From Gemmatimonas sp. (GTDB taxonomy: Bacteria; Gemmatimonadota; Gemmatimonadetes; Gemmatimonadales; Gemmatimonadaceae): a stretch of DNA of 64,000 nt. Shown here piece by piece: positions 1 through 9,573 of this stretch; position 1 is the stretch's first letter, and every line of letters begins with the position of its first letter. The stretch covers positions 585 through 64,584 of the forward strand of contig NZ_JBDNFF010000075.1 of NCBI RefSeq assembly GCF_041689975.1. The letters are read 5' to 3'. The notes beneath the pieces were generated by a model. That model had not been told where the DNA came from. It did not search any database and saw only the letters and a program-made list of their open reading frames with translations. The position numbers and the translations under genes are program-made.

Positions 1-127
1 GTGCCAACGGACAGGGCGCGGCGAACCACCGCCTCGTCGTTCACGTCGAGACCAGACAAAACGACTCCGTTCCGATGGAAAATCAACCACTGGCACCGTT
101 CTAATCCCAAAACGTTGGGATGCTACT

Positions 128-186
128 GAGCGGGTATACCCGCTCGATCCGTAATGCTACGGAGGGGTGAACCACGTATTCACCCC
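128..186 (+). other. Two stem-loops upstream of hemH: perfect 18-nt palindrome GAGCGGGTATACCCGCTC (128-145) and an 8-bp stem GGGGTGAA/TTCACCCC (164-186)
   Basis: Read directly from the sequence. They follow a short open frame that ends at TAA 102-104. No U-tract, so a terminator or leader role is only a guess. Confidence 0.3.
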
Positions 187-200
187 AATGGAATGCCGTC

Positions 201-1406
201 GTGCTTGCGTCGACTATTCGTCTCATGACGCCCTCCGATATTCTCCCGTTCCGTCGGCCGTCGAGCGCACACGGACACGCGCACGAACAGCCCCGCTCCG
301 GCAACGGCACCGGCATCGTGATGATGAACCTCGGGGGGCCGGCCACGCTCGACGAAGTGGAACCGTTCCTGCTCCGGCTCTTTGCCGACAAGGAAATCAT
401 TCAGCTGCCGTGGCAGAGTGTGCTCGGCAAGTTCATCGCGACGCGACGCGCGCCGAAGGTGCGAAAGTTGTATGCCGGGATCGGTGGCGGATCGCCTATC
501 CTGACGTGGACGACGGCGCAGGGCGAGGCCATGTGCACGCGGCTCGACGAGCTGTCGCCTGACACGGCGCCGCACAAGTTCTATGTGTCCTTCCGCTATG
601 CTCCGCCGTTCGCGGATGATGCGCTGCAGGCGATGAAGGCTGACGGTATCACGCGTGCGGTGGCGTTCACGCAGTACCCACAGTGGTCGTGCTCGACCAC
701 GGGCTCGAGCCTGAATGACTTATGGCGTGCGCTCGATCGCACCGGTCTGCAGGATGCATTTACCTGGAGCATCATCGATCGGTGGGGGGAGCACGAGGGC
801 TTCGTGCACGCCATGGCCAGCGCGATCGATAACGGCCTCGAACAGTATCCGGAGCGCGAGCGGGACGACGTGCTTGTGCTGTTCAGCGCGCACTCATTGC
901 CGTTGAAGGTGATCGATCGTGGCGACGCCTATCCCTCGGAGATCGCGGCGTCGGTCAGTCGCGTCGTGCAGGCGGCCGAGCTGCGAAATCCGCACATGCT
1001 CAGCTTTCAGTCCTCAGTCGGTCCCGTGCGTTGGCTTGGGCCAAGCACCGAGACGATGATCAAGCAGTTGGCGGCGCGCGGACAGAAGAACGTGCTGGTC
1101 GTGCCGATCGCGTTCACCAGCGATCACATCGAGACGCTGTCGGAGATCGATATCGAGTACGGCGAGCTCGCACATTCCCTCGGTATGACCGGCTTCCGCC
1201 GCGCGCCGTCGCTGAATGCGCGCGCGGAGTTCCTCGACGCGCTGGCGGATATCGTGAATCGCCATCTGGCGTCCGGGCGGCCGCATAGTTCCCAGTACAA
1301 GCAGAACTGCCCAGGATGCACGAACGCCGCGTGTCGCGGTTTGCCGTCCAGGATGGCGCAGACCGCCGCCTGTGAAGTTTCCGCGGAGTCCGCGGCGCGT
1401 CACTGA
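201..1406 (+). CDS. hemH: Ferrochelatase with a C-terminal Cys cluster ([2Fe-2S]-type pattern)
   Basis: 401-aa ORF with motifs MNLGGP, FSAHSLP and SDHIETL. Internal QWSCSTTGSS and C-terminal CPGCTNAAC. The ORF opens with GTG at 201; ATG 225 is an alternative start. Confidence 0.92.
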   Translation: MLASTIRLMTPSDILPFRRPSSAHGHAHEQPRSGNGTGIVMMNLGGPATLDEVEPFLLRLFADKEIIQLPWQSVLGKFIATRRAPKVRKLYAGIGGGSPILTWTTAQGEAMCTRLDELSPDTAPHKFYVSFRYAPPFADDALQAMKADGITRAVAFTQYPQWSCSTTGSSLNDLWRALDRTGLQDAFTWSIIDRWGEHEGFVHAMASAIDNGLEQYPERERDDVLVLFSAHSLPLKVIDRGDAYPSEIAASVSRVVQAAELRNPHMLSFQSSVGPVRWLGPSTETMIKQLAARGQKNVLVVPIAFTSDHIETLSEIDIEYGELAHSLGMTGFRRAPSLNARAEFLDALADIVNRHLASGRPHSSQYKQNCPGCTNAACRGLPSRMAQTAACEVSAESAARH

Positions 1407-1407
1407 C

Positions 1408-2613
1408 GTGTTCCTCCTGCCCTTCCATGTTATCGGTTGCTCCCACCAACACAACGACATGGATGCAGTGGGGCGCTTGCGTGTTGTCCCCGCGGAGCTA
1501 CCGGCGCAACTTTTGGCGCTGCGTGCGCTGGGAATTCCTGCGGTTCTGGTGAGCACGTGTCATCGCACGGAGCTCTACTGGTGGGGAGATCATGATCCCG
1601 CGGTGTGGTTCGGTGCGCTCCTTTCGGAACATGGCGTCTCGGACGTCCGGCTCGAACACAAACACGCCGATCTCGCGGTACGCCATCTGTTCGCCGTGGC
1701 AGCGGGCATGTGTTCGATACGATTCGGTGAGCCCGAAATTCTTGGACAGGTGAGACGCGCGTGGAGCACCTCGCACAAAGCGGGGGCCACCTCTCCGATG
1801 ATCGACTGCGTGTTCCGGCATGCCGTTGATGCCGCGCGCCACATGCGCGCAGCGATCGGTACGCCGGCCAGCGACTCGCTTGGTATGCGCGTGCGCGACG
1901 CGCTGCATGAGCTCGTGAAAGCGCGCGTTCACGTCCCGATCGGATACGATGCGTCGGCGCCATTGCACGTCCTGCTGGTCGGCGCTGGAGAAGCGGCGCG
2001 GTCCGTGGTCCTGGCGTTGCGCGAGGGGCGGGAAGTCGGTGCCCCGGTCATCCGCGTCACGAGTCGCACCGACAGTAGAGCCGAGTCGCTGGCGAACGCG
2101 CACGGCGCAGCGCACGTGCTCTGGAGAGAACGCGAGCAGGCGATGTCCACATCGGATGTGGTGATCTTCGCCGCGCATTCCACGACGCCGATCGTCACGG
2201 CGGTGCAAGCGTGCGCGTTGCTGCGCGAGCGGGAAGCACCGACGATCTGGATCGACCTGGGTGTGCCCTCGAACGTGGGGTCTGGGGCCGAACTGCCGGC
2301 GTCCGTGCAGTACGTGGATCTTGAAGGGCTGGCCATGTACGCGGGCGAAACCCTTCACGCGGCCGATGTCGCGGCACGCGCCACCATCGCGTTGCAACGC
2401 GAACTGGCCCGATTCGCCGGTGTGATAAACCGTCGGCAGTTGGGTGCCCGACTGGCCCTGCTCGAACAACGGGCGGTTGTCGCGGCGCGCGCGGCGCTCG
2501 AGTCGCACACGCTCTCGGCTGGCACGGAGTCGAGCGCCGAGCAGGCCGCCGATGTCATGGTGCGCCGGGTGACTCGCCTGCTGCTGCGCGAGCTGACGGC
2601 GCTGTCCGCGTAG
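1408..2613 (+). CDS. hemA: Glutamyl-tRNA reductase
   Basis: HVIGCSHQ, catalytic-Cys box STCHRTELYWWG, NADPH loop LLVGAGEAA, long C-terminal helix. GTG 1408 lies 1 nt after the hemH stop. The ORF-track ATG 1372 would overlap hemH by 35 nt. Confidence 0.85.
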   Translation: MFLLPFHVIGCSHQHNDMDAVGRLRVVPAELPAQLLALRALGIPAVLVSTCHRTELYWWGDHDPAVWFGALLSEHGVSDVRLEHKHADLAVRHLFAVAAGMCSIRFGEPEILGQVRRAWSTSHKAGATSPMIDCVFRHAVDAARHMRAAIGTPASDSLGMRVRDALHELVKARVHVPIGYDASAPLHVLLVGAGEAARSVVLALREGREVGAPVIRVTSRTDSRAESLANAHGAAHVLWREREQAMSTSDVVIFAAHSTTPIVTAVQACALLREREAPTIWIDLGVPSNVGSGAELPASVQYVDLEGLAMYAGETLHAADVAARATIALQRELARFAGVINRRQLGARLALLEQRAVVAARAALESHTLSAGTESSAEQAADVMVRRVTRLLLRELTALSA

Positions 2614-2655
2614 AACGCCTGGGCACGCTCGCACTTCGACGGCAACAGCAACAGA

Positions 2656-2778
2656 CGGAACACGGATGACACGGAACGCACCGAAAGGACACGGATAAGC
2701 AGAACGGCGGCAAGAGGAAAACGAAGCGCCGTTTGCTTATCGGTGTTGTATCCGTCCATCGGTGCTATCCGTGTTCCG
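2656..2778. terminator. Nested imperfect hairpin between convergent hemA and the GNAT-aminotransferase gene (probable bidirectional terminator)
   Basis: Outer arms CGGAACACGGAT (2656-2667) / ATCCGTGTTCCG (2767-2778). Inner arms GATAAGCA (2694-2701) / TGCTTATC (2734-2741). Innermost arms AACGGCG (2703-2709) / CGCCGTT (2727-2733). Confidence 0.5.
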
Positions 2779-4429
2779 GCTGTTGCGAACTCGCCTCCGC
2801 GAAAGTCCGTCCACGTTGCCGTGCCGACGCCGCGGCAGCGACGCGATCGAGGGCCAGCGGGAAGGCGCGCAACGCATCTGGCGCATAGTGCCCCATCAGG
2901 CACACCTGTAGCCAGTTCCGATCCCTCAGGTAATCGCTCTCGAAGCTGACCAGCCAACCGGCAGCACGGAGTTGCTCGCCGATGGTACTCACCTGTTCGC
3001 CTGACGGGGGCAGCAACGTATGCACCGCCGGCGAAGCGTGATCGGCGGCCGCCAGTACGCGCCACCCGCGTGACTCCATTGCGCGTCGTAGCCTCGCACC
3101 GTCCTTCGCGATTCGCTGGAAGCGTGCAGGCCAATCGATCTCGGTCAGCGACGTGCCAAGTGCATCGAGTAAATTCGACGACTGCGTGAACGGAACGCCC
3201 TGCTGTTCCACCGCGAAGCCGAGATCGAGATAGCGCGGAATGTGGTTGCTGGCTGAACACGTCTGACTATCGTGAAATACGATAGCGATGCCGGAGAACG
3301 CCGAGAGGGCTTTCCCACTCACTGCGCTGGCCATCCACACGTCGCGCAACGAGAGCGGTACCGTGCCGAGACTACTGATGACGTCCAACGCCATCCTGGC
3401 GTCGTGGATCTGCGCGATCGACGTGAGCGCGGTGAGGTCGTTGATGACGCCCGTTGATGTCTCGCCATGCACAGCCCAGAGCCAGCGTGCCCGCGTGCTA
3501 TGCATCGCTCGCGTGATCGCGCCGTAGTCCAGTGCGTCACCCCATGGTGCGCGCACGACAGTGTGCGGGAGCCGCATGCGCGTAGCATGATCGACGAGAC
3601 GGTCACCGAACTCGCCGTTGCTGGCGATCACCCCGGGCGCGTCGAGCAGCGAGAGCTGGGCGGCCACGACGTCGTTGGCGAGCGTGCCGGACCCCATGAG
3701 CATCGTCGCGTGACGCGCCTGCGCCAGGTCGCACAGCTGTTGCTGTACCGCGCGGTATTGGGAACGGAACGACTCCGTGCGATGCGACATCGCGCTACGC
3801 TGCATGGCGCGTTGAACGGCGATGCTGATGCCGACCGGCCCGGGCAGAAAATTCGCACCGGCGCTTGGCGCTTCGGCACCGTTGTTGAGCGCCTTCGGCC
3901 AGGTGAACACTTCCTCCGCCGTGATGTACATCGGCTGGTACGACGCCTGCTCGGTACCGATGAGCGGACCGAACGCGTGGAAGCCGAGGTGCCGGTAGAG
4001 ACGCAGTTGACGCGTGGTACCCGACATGATGCCCAAGTCGAAGCCGTTGGCCAGAAAGTGCCGCGTAATGAAGCCGACAAGCTGCGCAAAGACGCGACTG
4101 GCTCGAAATTCCGGCTCGACGGCCAGCAAGCGGATCTCGACCGGCGTGCGCCCGGCAGGAAGGTAGTCATCGACGCTGCCCAGCTTCTGGTCAAGCGAGA
4201 AAGGCCGCTGTGTCCGTCCGCTCACCATGCCGACGATTCGGCCGCTCAGTTCGTAGACCGCATACACGTTCTCTTCGTGGAAGCGATCGACATGACGCCG
4301 TCGGGCATTGGGCGCATGCTGGGGAATCTCTTCGACGAAGGTCCGGTAGTTCAACGCATGGATCGCATCGTCGTCCGCCTCGGTGGCCAGACGGACGGTG
4401 CCGCGCATGGACTGGTGGGGCGTAGTCAT
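2765..4429 (-). CDS. Fusion protein: N-terminal GNAT acetyltransferase + C-terminal class V (AGXT/PhnW-like) PLP aminotransferase
   Basis: 554 aa. The N-terminal ~180 aa are GNAT-like (IRLLAVEPEFRASRVFAQLV...YRHLGF). The rest has class V features (FLPGPV, GSGTLAND, WAVHGETSTGV, PLP-Lys box SGKAL). Confidence 0.8.
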   Translation of the reverse strand: MTTPHQSMRGTVRLATEADDDAIHALNYRTFVEEIPQHAPNARRRHVDRFHEENVYAVYELSGRIVGMVSGRTQRPFSLDQKLGSVDDYLPAGRTPVEIRLLAVEPEFRASRVFAQLVGFITRHFLANGFDLGIMSGTTRQLRLYRHLGFHAFGPLIGTEQASYQPMYITAEEVFTWPKALNNGAEAPSAGANFLPGPVGISIAVQRAMQRSAMSHRTESFRSQYRAVQQQLCDLAQARHATMLMGSGTLANDVVAAQLSLLDAPGVIASNGEFGDRLVDHATRMRLPHTVVRAPWGDALDYGAITRAMHSTRARWLWAVHGETSTGVINDLTALTSIAQIHDARMALDVISSLGTVPLSLRDVWMASAVSGKALSAFSGIAIVFHDSQTCSASNHIPRYLDLGFAVEQQGVPFTQSSNLLDALGTSLTEIDWPARFQRIAKDGARLRRAMESRGWRVLAAADHASPAVHTLLPPSGEQVSTIGEQLRAAGWLVSFESDYLRDRNWLQVCLMGHYAPDALRAFPLALDRVAAAASARQRGRTFAEASSQQPEHG

Positions 4430-4500
4430 AAAATCAACCTGCGCCCTCGACCACGGGAAGGGAATAAGTCACATGACCCAACACGGGGGCGACAGGCCAA

Positions 4501-4540
4501 CCCGGCCCACCGCCCCCCCACTCCGTACTCCCTACTTCAT
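4501..4540 (-). repeat. G-rich GAAGTAGGG-type element immediately 3' of the lon stop (minus-strand sense)
   Basis: Minus strand reads TAAAAATGAAGTAGGGAGTACGGAGTGGGGGGGCGGTGGGCCGGG. It contains GAAGTAGGG (4530-4538) and a G3-N-G3-N4-G3-N2-G3 tract (4501-4519). Adjacent 7-bp stem GGGGGCG/CGCCCCC at 4485-4517. Confidence 0.45.
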
Positions 4541-4542
4541 TT

Positions 4543-7110
4543 TTAGACGCCGACGAGCTCTTCCACCGCTTCCGCCGCCATACGCCCCTGATCCACCAGC
4601 GCGATGGCGAGCACTTCGCGCATCGTCTCTACGGGGTGGAAGATGAGTTGCTGTCGCACTTCGTCCGGCACGTCCTCGAGGTCCGCTTCATTGGTTTTCG
4701 GGATGATCACTTCCTTGATGCCGGCCCGATGGGCGCCGAGCACTTTTTCCTTCAGGCCACCGATCGGCAACACGCGACCACGTAGCGTGATCTCACCGGT
4801 CATCGAGACATCGCGTCGCACCTTGCGGTTCGACATTTCGCTGACGAGCGCCAGCGCAATCGCGATGCCGGCACTGGGACCGTCCTTCGGGATCGCGCCT
4901 GCCGGGACGTGAATGTGTGCCTCGCTGGCCGACGCCACACGGTTGGCCGGAATCCCCAGCAACGCCGCGTTGTTCGTGGCGTAGGTCAACGCGGCTCGCG
5001 CGCTCTCCTTCATCACGTCGCCCAATTGACCGGTCAGAATCAGCGAGATCGGACCCACGCGCATGACTTCGCCGCCATCGTCGCTTCTGGTCGATGCGGA
5101 CGCACCACGACGAATGCTCGCCTCCACGAACATGATGTCACCACCCATCGGCGTGTAGTACATACCCGTTGTAATACCGACCTCGTCGTGCTCGGCCACA
5201 TGTTCCGGGTGCACCTTTGGACGTCCCAGCAGCTCGCGCACTTCCTCGCTGCTGATCACTTTGTCGTCGATCGTGGCCGTATCACCCATCGCGACCCGGC
5301 GCGCGACCTTGCGCGCCACGGCCCCGAGCTGACGCTCCAGCTGACGCACACCGCTTTCGCGTGTGTACTCGCTGATGACCTTCGCGACGGCATCGTCGGT
5401 GAATTTGAGATCTCGCTGACCCAGTCCCGATTCCTCGAGCTGACGCGGTATCAGATACGTCTTCGCGATTTCCGACTTTTCGCGCTCAGTGTAGCCGCTG
5501 AAGTCCACGACTTCCATACGGTCCAGTAACGGACCAGGGATGTTCTGGATGGAATTCGACGTGGCGATGAACAACACTTCGCTCAGGTCGAACGGCACGC
5601 CGAGATAGTGGTCCGTGAACGAGTCGTTCTGCGCCGGGTCGAGCACTTCCAGCAGTGCGCTCGAGGGATCGCCCTGATACGACGTGCCCAGTTTGTCCAC
5701 TTCGTCGAGGAGAAATACGGGGTTCTTGCTGCCTGCCTGCTTCATGCCCTGAATGATCCGGCCCGGCATTGCGCCCACGTAGGTACGCCGGTGTCCACGG
5801 ATATCGGCTTCGTCGCGCGCACCACCGAGCGCTACGCGAACGTACTCACGGCCCAGGGCGCGTGCGATGGACTTGGCGATACTCGTCTTGCCTACGCCCG
5901 GCGGACCGTTGAAGAGCAGGATCGGGCCCTTGGCCATGGCACGAGCCTTGGCCTCCTTTGCATCCGTGATCTGCCGGTCGCCGTTGCCGTTCCCACTGCC
6001 GAGGGTGGCGTTCGCGTCGCTGGTGTCTCCCTTGATCTTCGACACCGGAAATTCACCCGTATTCGCGACCTCGGCGGCGATCTGCTGCGCGCGGAGCTGG
6101 CGTACGGCCAGGAATTCGAGTACGCGATCCTTCACGTCCGTGAGACCGTAGTGATCCTCCTCGAGAATTTCGCCGGCGCGCGCGAGTTCGAGGTGATCAT
6201 CGGAGCGATTGCTCCACGGCAACTCGGCGATCCACTCCAGATACGTGCGGATCACCTGCGCTTCCATGGACTCGCGACCCGCGCGTTCGAGCCGACCCAA
6301 TTCGCGCTCCGTTTCCGCGCGTGCTTCCTTCGGCAGTACGAGCTTGGTCAACTTCTCGCGCAGCTCGGTGATCTCCTTCGACTGATCGTCGTCGCCGAGT
6401 TCCTTCTGAATCGCCTTGAGCTGCTCGCGCAGGAACATCTCGCGCTGTCGCTCGCCCAGTTCCTCCTGGACCTGCGACTTGATGTCTTCCTGTGCTTCGA
6501 GCAAGCCGATCTGGCGCTGCACGTGCACGAGCACGCGACGCAGGCGCTCTTCCACTGAGAGCGTCTCGAGGAGCCCCTGCTTCTCGGGTACGGTAAGTTC
6601 GATGTAGCCGGCCACGAGGTCGGAGAACTTGCCGGCATCGTCGACCGAGTCGAGGACCTGATGCACGACTTCCTCAGGAAGACCGCGCTTCTCGCCCAAT
6701 TCGGCGGCGCGCTCTCGCGCTTCTTTGTGGAGTGCCTCGAAGGCGGCGTTCTTGAGGTCGAGTGGCATCATCTCCTCGGCGGGGACGATCACCGCTTGGA
6801 GGTACCCGTCTACCTCGGCGTACTGCAATGCCGTGGCGCGCTGCTCGCCTTGCAACAGAAGCTGAACACCGCCCAGTCCACGCTGGATCTGGCCGATGCG
6901 GGCGATGACGCCCGTGGTGAAGAGAATGTCCGACGTCGGCTCTTCCGTGTTGTCGCGCTGGGCGACGGCAAAGACAAGCCGATCTCCCTTGAGCGCCGTT
7001 TCGATGGCTCTCAAGGTGCCGGGGCGGCCCGCCGCGATTGGTGCGGTGATGCCGGGGAACATGACCGTCCCGCGAAGCGGCAGGACGGGAAGCGTTTGGC
7101 GCTGGCCCAT
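4543..7110 (-). CDS. lon: ATP-dependent Lon protease
   Basis: 855 aa. LON N-domain (LPVLPLRGTVMFPG), Walker A GPPGVGKTS, Walker B FLLDEVDK, protease Ser box PKDGPSAG and Lys in GGLKEK. Confidence 0.95.
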   Translation of the reverse strand: MGQRQTLPVLPLRGTVMFPGITAPIAAGRPGTLRAIETALKGDRLVFAVAQRDNTEEPTSDILFTTGVIARIGQIQRGLGGVQLLLQGEQRATALQYAEVDGYLQAVIVPAEEMMPLDLKNAAFEALHKEARERAAELGEKRGLPEEVVHQVLDSVDDAGKFSDLVAGYIELTVPEKQGLLETLSVEERLRRVLVHVQRQIGLLEAQEDIKSQVQEELGERQREMFLREQLKAIQKELGDDDQSKEITELREKLTKLVLPKEARAETERELGRLERAGRESMEAQVIRTYLEWIAELPWSNRSDDHLELARAGEILEEDHYGLTDVKDRVLEFLAVRQLRAQQIAAEVANTGEFPVSKIKGDTSDANATLGSGNGNGDRQITDAKEAKARAMAKGPILLFNGPPGVGKTSIAKSIARALGREYVRVALGGARDEADIRGHRRTYVGAMPGRIIQGMKQAGSKNPVFLLDEVDKLGTSYQGDPSSALLEVLDPAQNDSFTDHYLGVPFDLSEVLFIATSNSIQNIPGPLLDRMEVVDFSGYTEREKSEIAKTYLIPRQLEESGLGQRDLKFTDDAVAKVISEYTRESGVRQLERQLGAVARKVARRVAMGDTATIDDKVISSEEVRELLGRPKVHPEHVAEHDEVGITTGMYYTPMGGDIMFVEASIRRGASASTRSDDGGEVMRVGPISLILTGQLGDVMKESARAALTYATNNAALLGIPANRVASASEAHIHVPAGAIPKDGPSAGIAIALALVSEMSNRKVRRDVSMTGEITLRGRVLPIGGLKEKVLGAHRAGIKEVIIPKTNEADLEDVPDEVRQQLIFHPVETMREVLAIALVDQGRMAAEAVEELVGV

Positions 7111-7293
7111 GACGTACGATCCTGTTGAAGAGGGATACCGTCCGCCGTAGCGCAGGTTTCACACCATCGGGATTACGTCATCGCGGCAGGGTTTGCAAGC
7201 AGACTGGGGCAGCCGTGCCGAGTTGACAGCCCACATGGGTCGGCGATCCGCCGATTTGTCGGTCTTTGGATCCGGAGGGACTCTGCAGTCAGG

Positions 7294-9561
7294 TTGACCG
7301 ATATGCCGTTTTGTCCACAACGGGTGCGAGCCGCGTTGCAACTCCGGGCGACCTCGGGCCGTACGGCCAGTGACGAAGAGACCGAGGGATGCTGTTGCCG
7401 GTTTCTTTCCGGTGCTACACTAGACGCACCACGTGATTTCCCCGATCCCACACGAGTGCCTGATTCCGTAGTCCCATCCACCGAAGATGCTGAACTGCGC
7501 GCCCATGTGGAGCAGGCGCTCAGTGCCACCTACGAAGTGGACCAGGAAATCGGTCGCGGTGGGATGGGCATCGTGTATCGGGCCCGCGACAAGCGCCTCA
7601 AGCGGTTCGTAGCAATCAAGTTGCTTCCGCCGGAGCTGTCGTTCCGGCGCGATATCCGTACGCGCTTTTTGCGCGAGGCGGAGACGGCGGCGCAGCTGAG
7701 TCATCCGAACATCGTCCCGATTTATTCGGTTGACGAGGTCGGGAATCTCGTGTTCTTCGTGATGGCCTGCATCGACGGCGACAATCTCGCCACCATGTTG
7801 CAGAAGCGTGGTCCGCTCCCCATCGACCAGGTTCGTCGCTGGCTGCACGAAGTAGCTGACGCGCTGGCATTCGCCCACGCGCGCGGTGTCATTCATCGGG
7901 ATATCAAGCCCGACAACATTTTGCTGGACAGCATCGACGGCCGAGCGCTGGTCACCGACTTCGGGATCGCGCGCGCCGCGAGTGACAGCGGCGAGACGTC
8001 GCGTCTCACTGCCACGGGCATGGCGATCGGTACTCCGGCGTACATGTCGCCGGAGCAGGCCTCCGGTGATCGCGACCTCGACGCGCGCAGCGATCTGTAC
8101 TCGCTGGGCATCGTGGCGTATCAGATGCTGGCGGGCGAGCCGCCGTTCACCGGCGGTACGACACCGGCCTTGCTGGTGAAGCATCTGGCCGAGGTGCCGG
8201 TGCCGGTGTCGTTGCGCCGCCCGGATACGCCCGACGATTTGTCTCAGATCGTCATGCGTTTGCTGGAGAAGAACCCGGAGCATCGCTTCCAGAGCGCTGG
8301 CGAGATGGTCACGGCGTTGAAGACGGGTGTGGTGCCGCCGCCGACCAATCCGGCCGCGCCGCAGCAGCGCACCGGCGCACCAGTGCGATTCACTGGTGCG
8401 CCGATCGGTGGCATGGCGATGGGTGGTACGCGGTCGCCCAATCCTGCGGCGCCATCGGTGCCGTACACGCCGGCGCCGTACACGCCACCGGCCTATCAGT
8501 CGCCCACGTATCAGTCACGCACGGCGGCGACACCGCAGGCGCCGCCGTATCCGCTGTACCAGCAGCAGCCGTCGGGCGACGATGTGTACGTGGCCACGGC
8601 GGAAGACGAGGCACGCTGGTTCGCCCCGCCCGTGGTGGCGTTCCGCCGCAAGCTGGCTCCATATCTGTTCGTGAACGGCGCGATCCTTGTGATCAGTATC
8701 TTCACCGGCGGCGACATGCTGGGACTGACCACGCTCTGGACGGTCTACATCGCGTGGAAGTACGCCAAGCTCTGGGCTGACGGCTTCGATTGGACCGATG
8801 TGCTCAAGCAACCCAAGCACCGGATGCTCGGCGAGGTCCTCTCCGATCTTGGCGACAAGTTCATGGCGACGTTCAGCCGGAAGAAGCGCGAAGAATTGCG
8901 CGCGCAGGGCCGTCTGCGGAATCGTCTTGATGGTGTGTTGTCGTCGGCGCCGTCGGCGCCCGTCAGGTTTCACCGTGGCGCGGCGTCGCCCAATGCGCCG
9001 GCGCGCGATGAAGAGCTTGGCGAGTTCGTCGCACTCGTGAAAGCGGCGCGCGCCGATCGCGAAGAGATCGGCCGACTCCTGGGAACGCTGCCGGCCGACG
9101 AGCGCGGGCGGATTCCCGATGTTGCGCGCACGGCCATCGATTTGGTGAACAAGGTCGAGATGATCGCCCGCGATATCACGCGGGTGGATCGCGAACAGGG
9201 GCCCGATGCCGCGCGGCGCATCGACGCCGAAATCGGGGTGCTCGAGGCCGAGGCGAATCCGCTCGATACGCAGCGCAGCGAAGGACGCGTGCGCCGGTTG
9301 GCGCAGCTTCGGCGTGATCGTCGGGCTGTTTTCGATATGGTGGCCAAGCGCGAGTTGCGTCGCGGCCAGCTCGATAGCTGCCGTATCGCCCTCGAGAATG
9401 TACGTCTCGATCTCGTGCGCCTCCGCACCGGTAACAGCTCGGTGCAAAGCGTGACGCTGGTGGCGGAACAGGCTATGCAGCTCGCGCGCGATGTCGATAT
9501 CGCGGTGCAGGCCGCCAACGAAGTGCGCGAGGCGACATCGCCGCGCCCCGGTTCGGCGTAA
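7294..9561 (+). CDS. Membrane Ser/Thr protein kinase (Hanks type), paralogue 1: kinase + Pro/Tyr-rich linker + TM hairpin + helical C-terminal module
   Basis: GRGGMGIVY, VAIK, HRDIKPDN, DFG, SPE. TM hairpin LAPYLFVNGAILVISIF...LTTLWTVYIAW. Start uncertain: ATG 7294, or in-frame GTG 7456. Confidence 0.9.
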   Translation: MTDMPFCPQRVRAALQLRATSGRTASDEETEGCCCRFLSGATLDAPRDFPDPTRVPDSVVPSTEDAELRAHVEQALSATYEVDQEIGRGGMGIVYRARDKRLKRFVAIKLLPPELSFRRDIRTRFLREAETAAQLSHPNIVPIYSVDEVGNLVFFVMACIDGDNLATMLQKRGPLPIDQVRRWLHEVADALAFAHARGVIHRDIKPDNILLDSIDGRALVTDFGIARAASDSGETSRLTATGMAIGTPAYMSPEQASGDRDLDARSDLYSLGIVAYQMLAGEPPFTGGTTPALLVKHLAEVPVPVSLRRPDTPDDLSQIVMRLLEKNPEHRFQSAGEMVTALKTGVVPPPTNPAAPQQRTGAPVRFTGAPIGGMAMGGTRSPNPAAPSVPYTPAPYTPPAYQSPTYQSRTAATPQAPPYPLYQQQPSGDDVYVATAEDEARWFAPPVVAFRRKLAPYLFVNGAILVISIFTGGDMLGLTTLWTVYIAWKYAKLWADGFDWTDVLKQPKHRMLGEVLSDLGDKFMATFSRKKREELRAQGRLRNRLDGVLSSAPSAPVRFHRGAASPNAPARDEELGEFVALVKAARADREEIGRLLGTLPADERGRIPDVARTAIDLVNKVEMIARDITRVDREQGPDAARRIDAEIGVLEAEANPLDTQRSEGRVRRLAQLRRDRRAVFDMVAKRELRRGQLDSCRIALENVRLDLVRLRTGNSSVQSVTLVAEQAMQLARDVDIAVQAANEVREATSPRPGSA

Positions 9562-9573
9562 GGCGATCGAACG

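Noticed and set aside
3-104. Open frame running from the window edge to TAA 102-104 (…GQGAANHRLVVHVETRQNDSVPMENQPLAPF), possibly the 3' end of an upstream gene.
   Set aside because: Only 33 codons are visible and I recognise no motif, so this is too short to support as a feature.
7111-7293. Possible sigma-32 heat-shock promoter for lon (CTTGCAA ... CCCGATGGT on the minus strand).
   Set aside because: The spacer is about 21 nt where the consensus requires 13-14, so I cannot support it.
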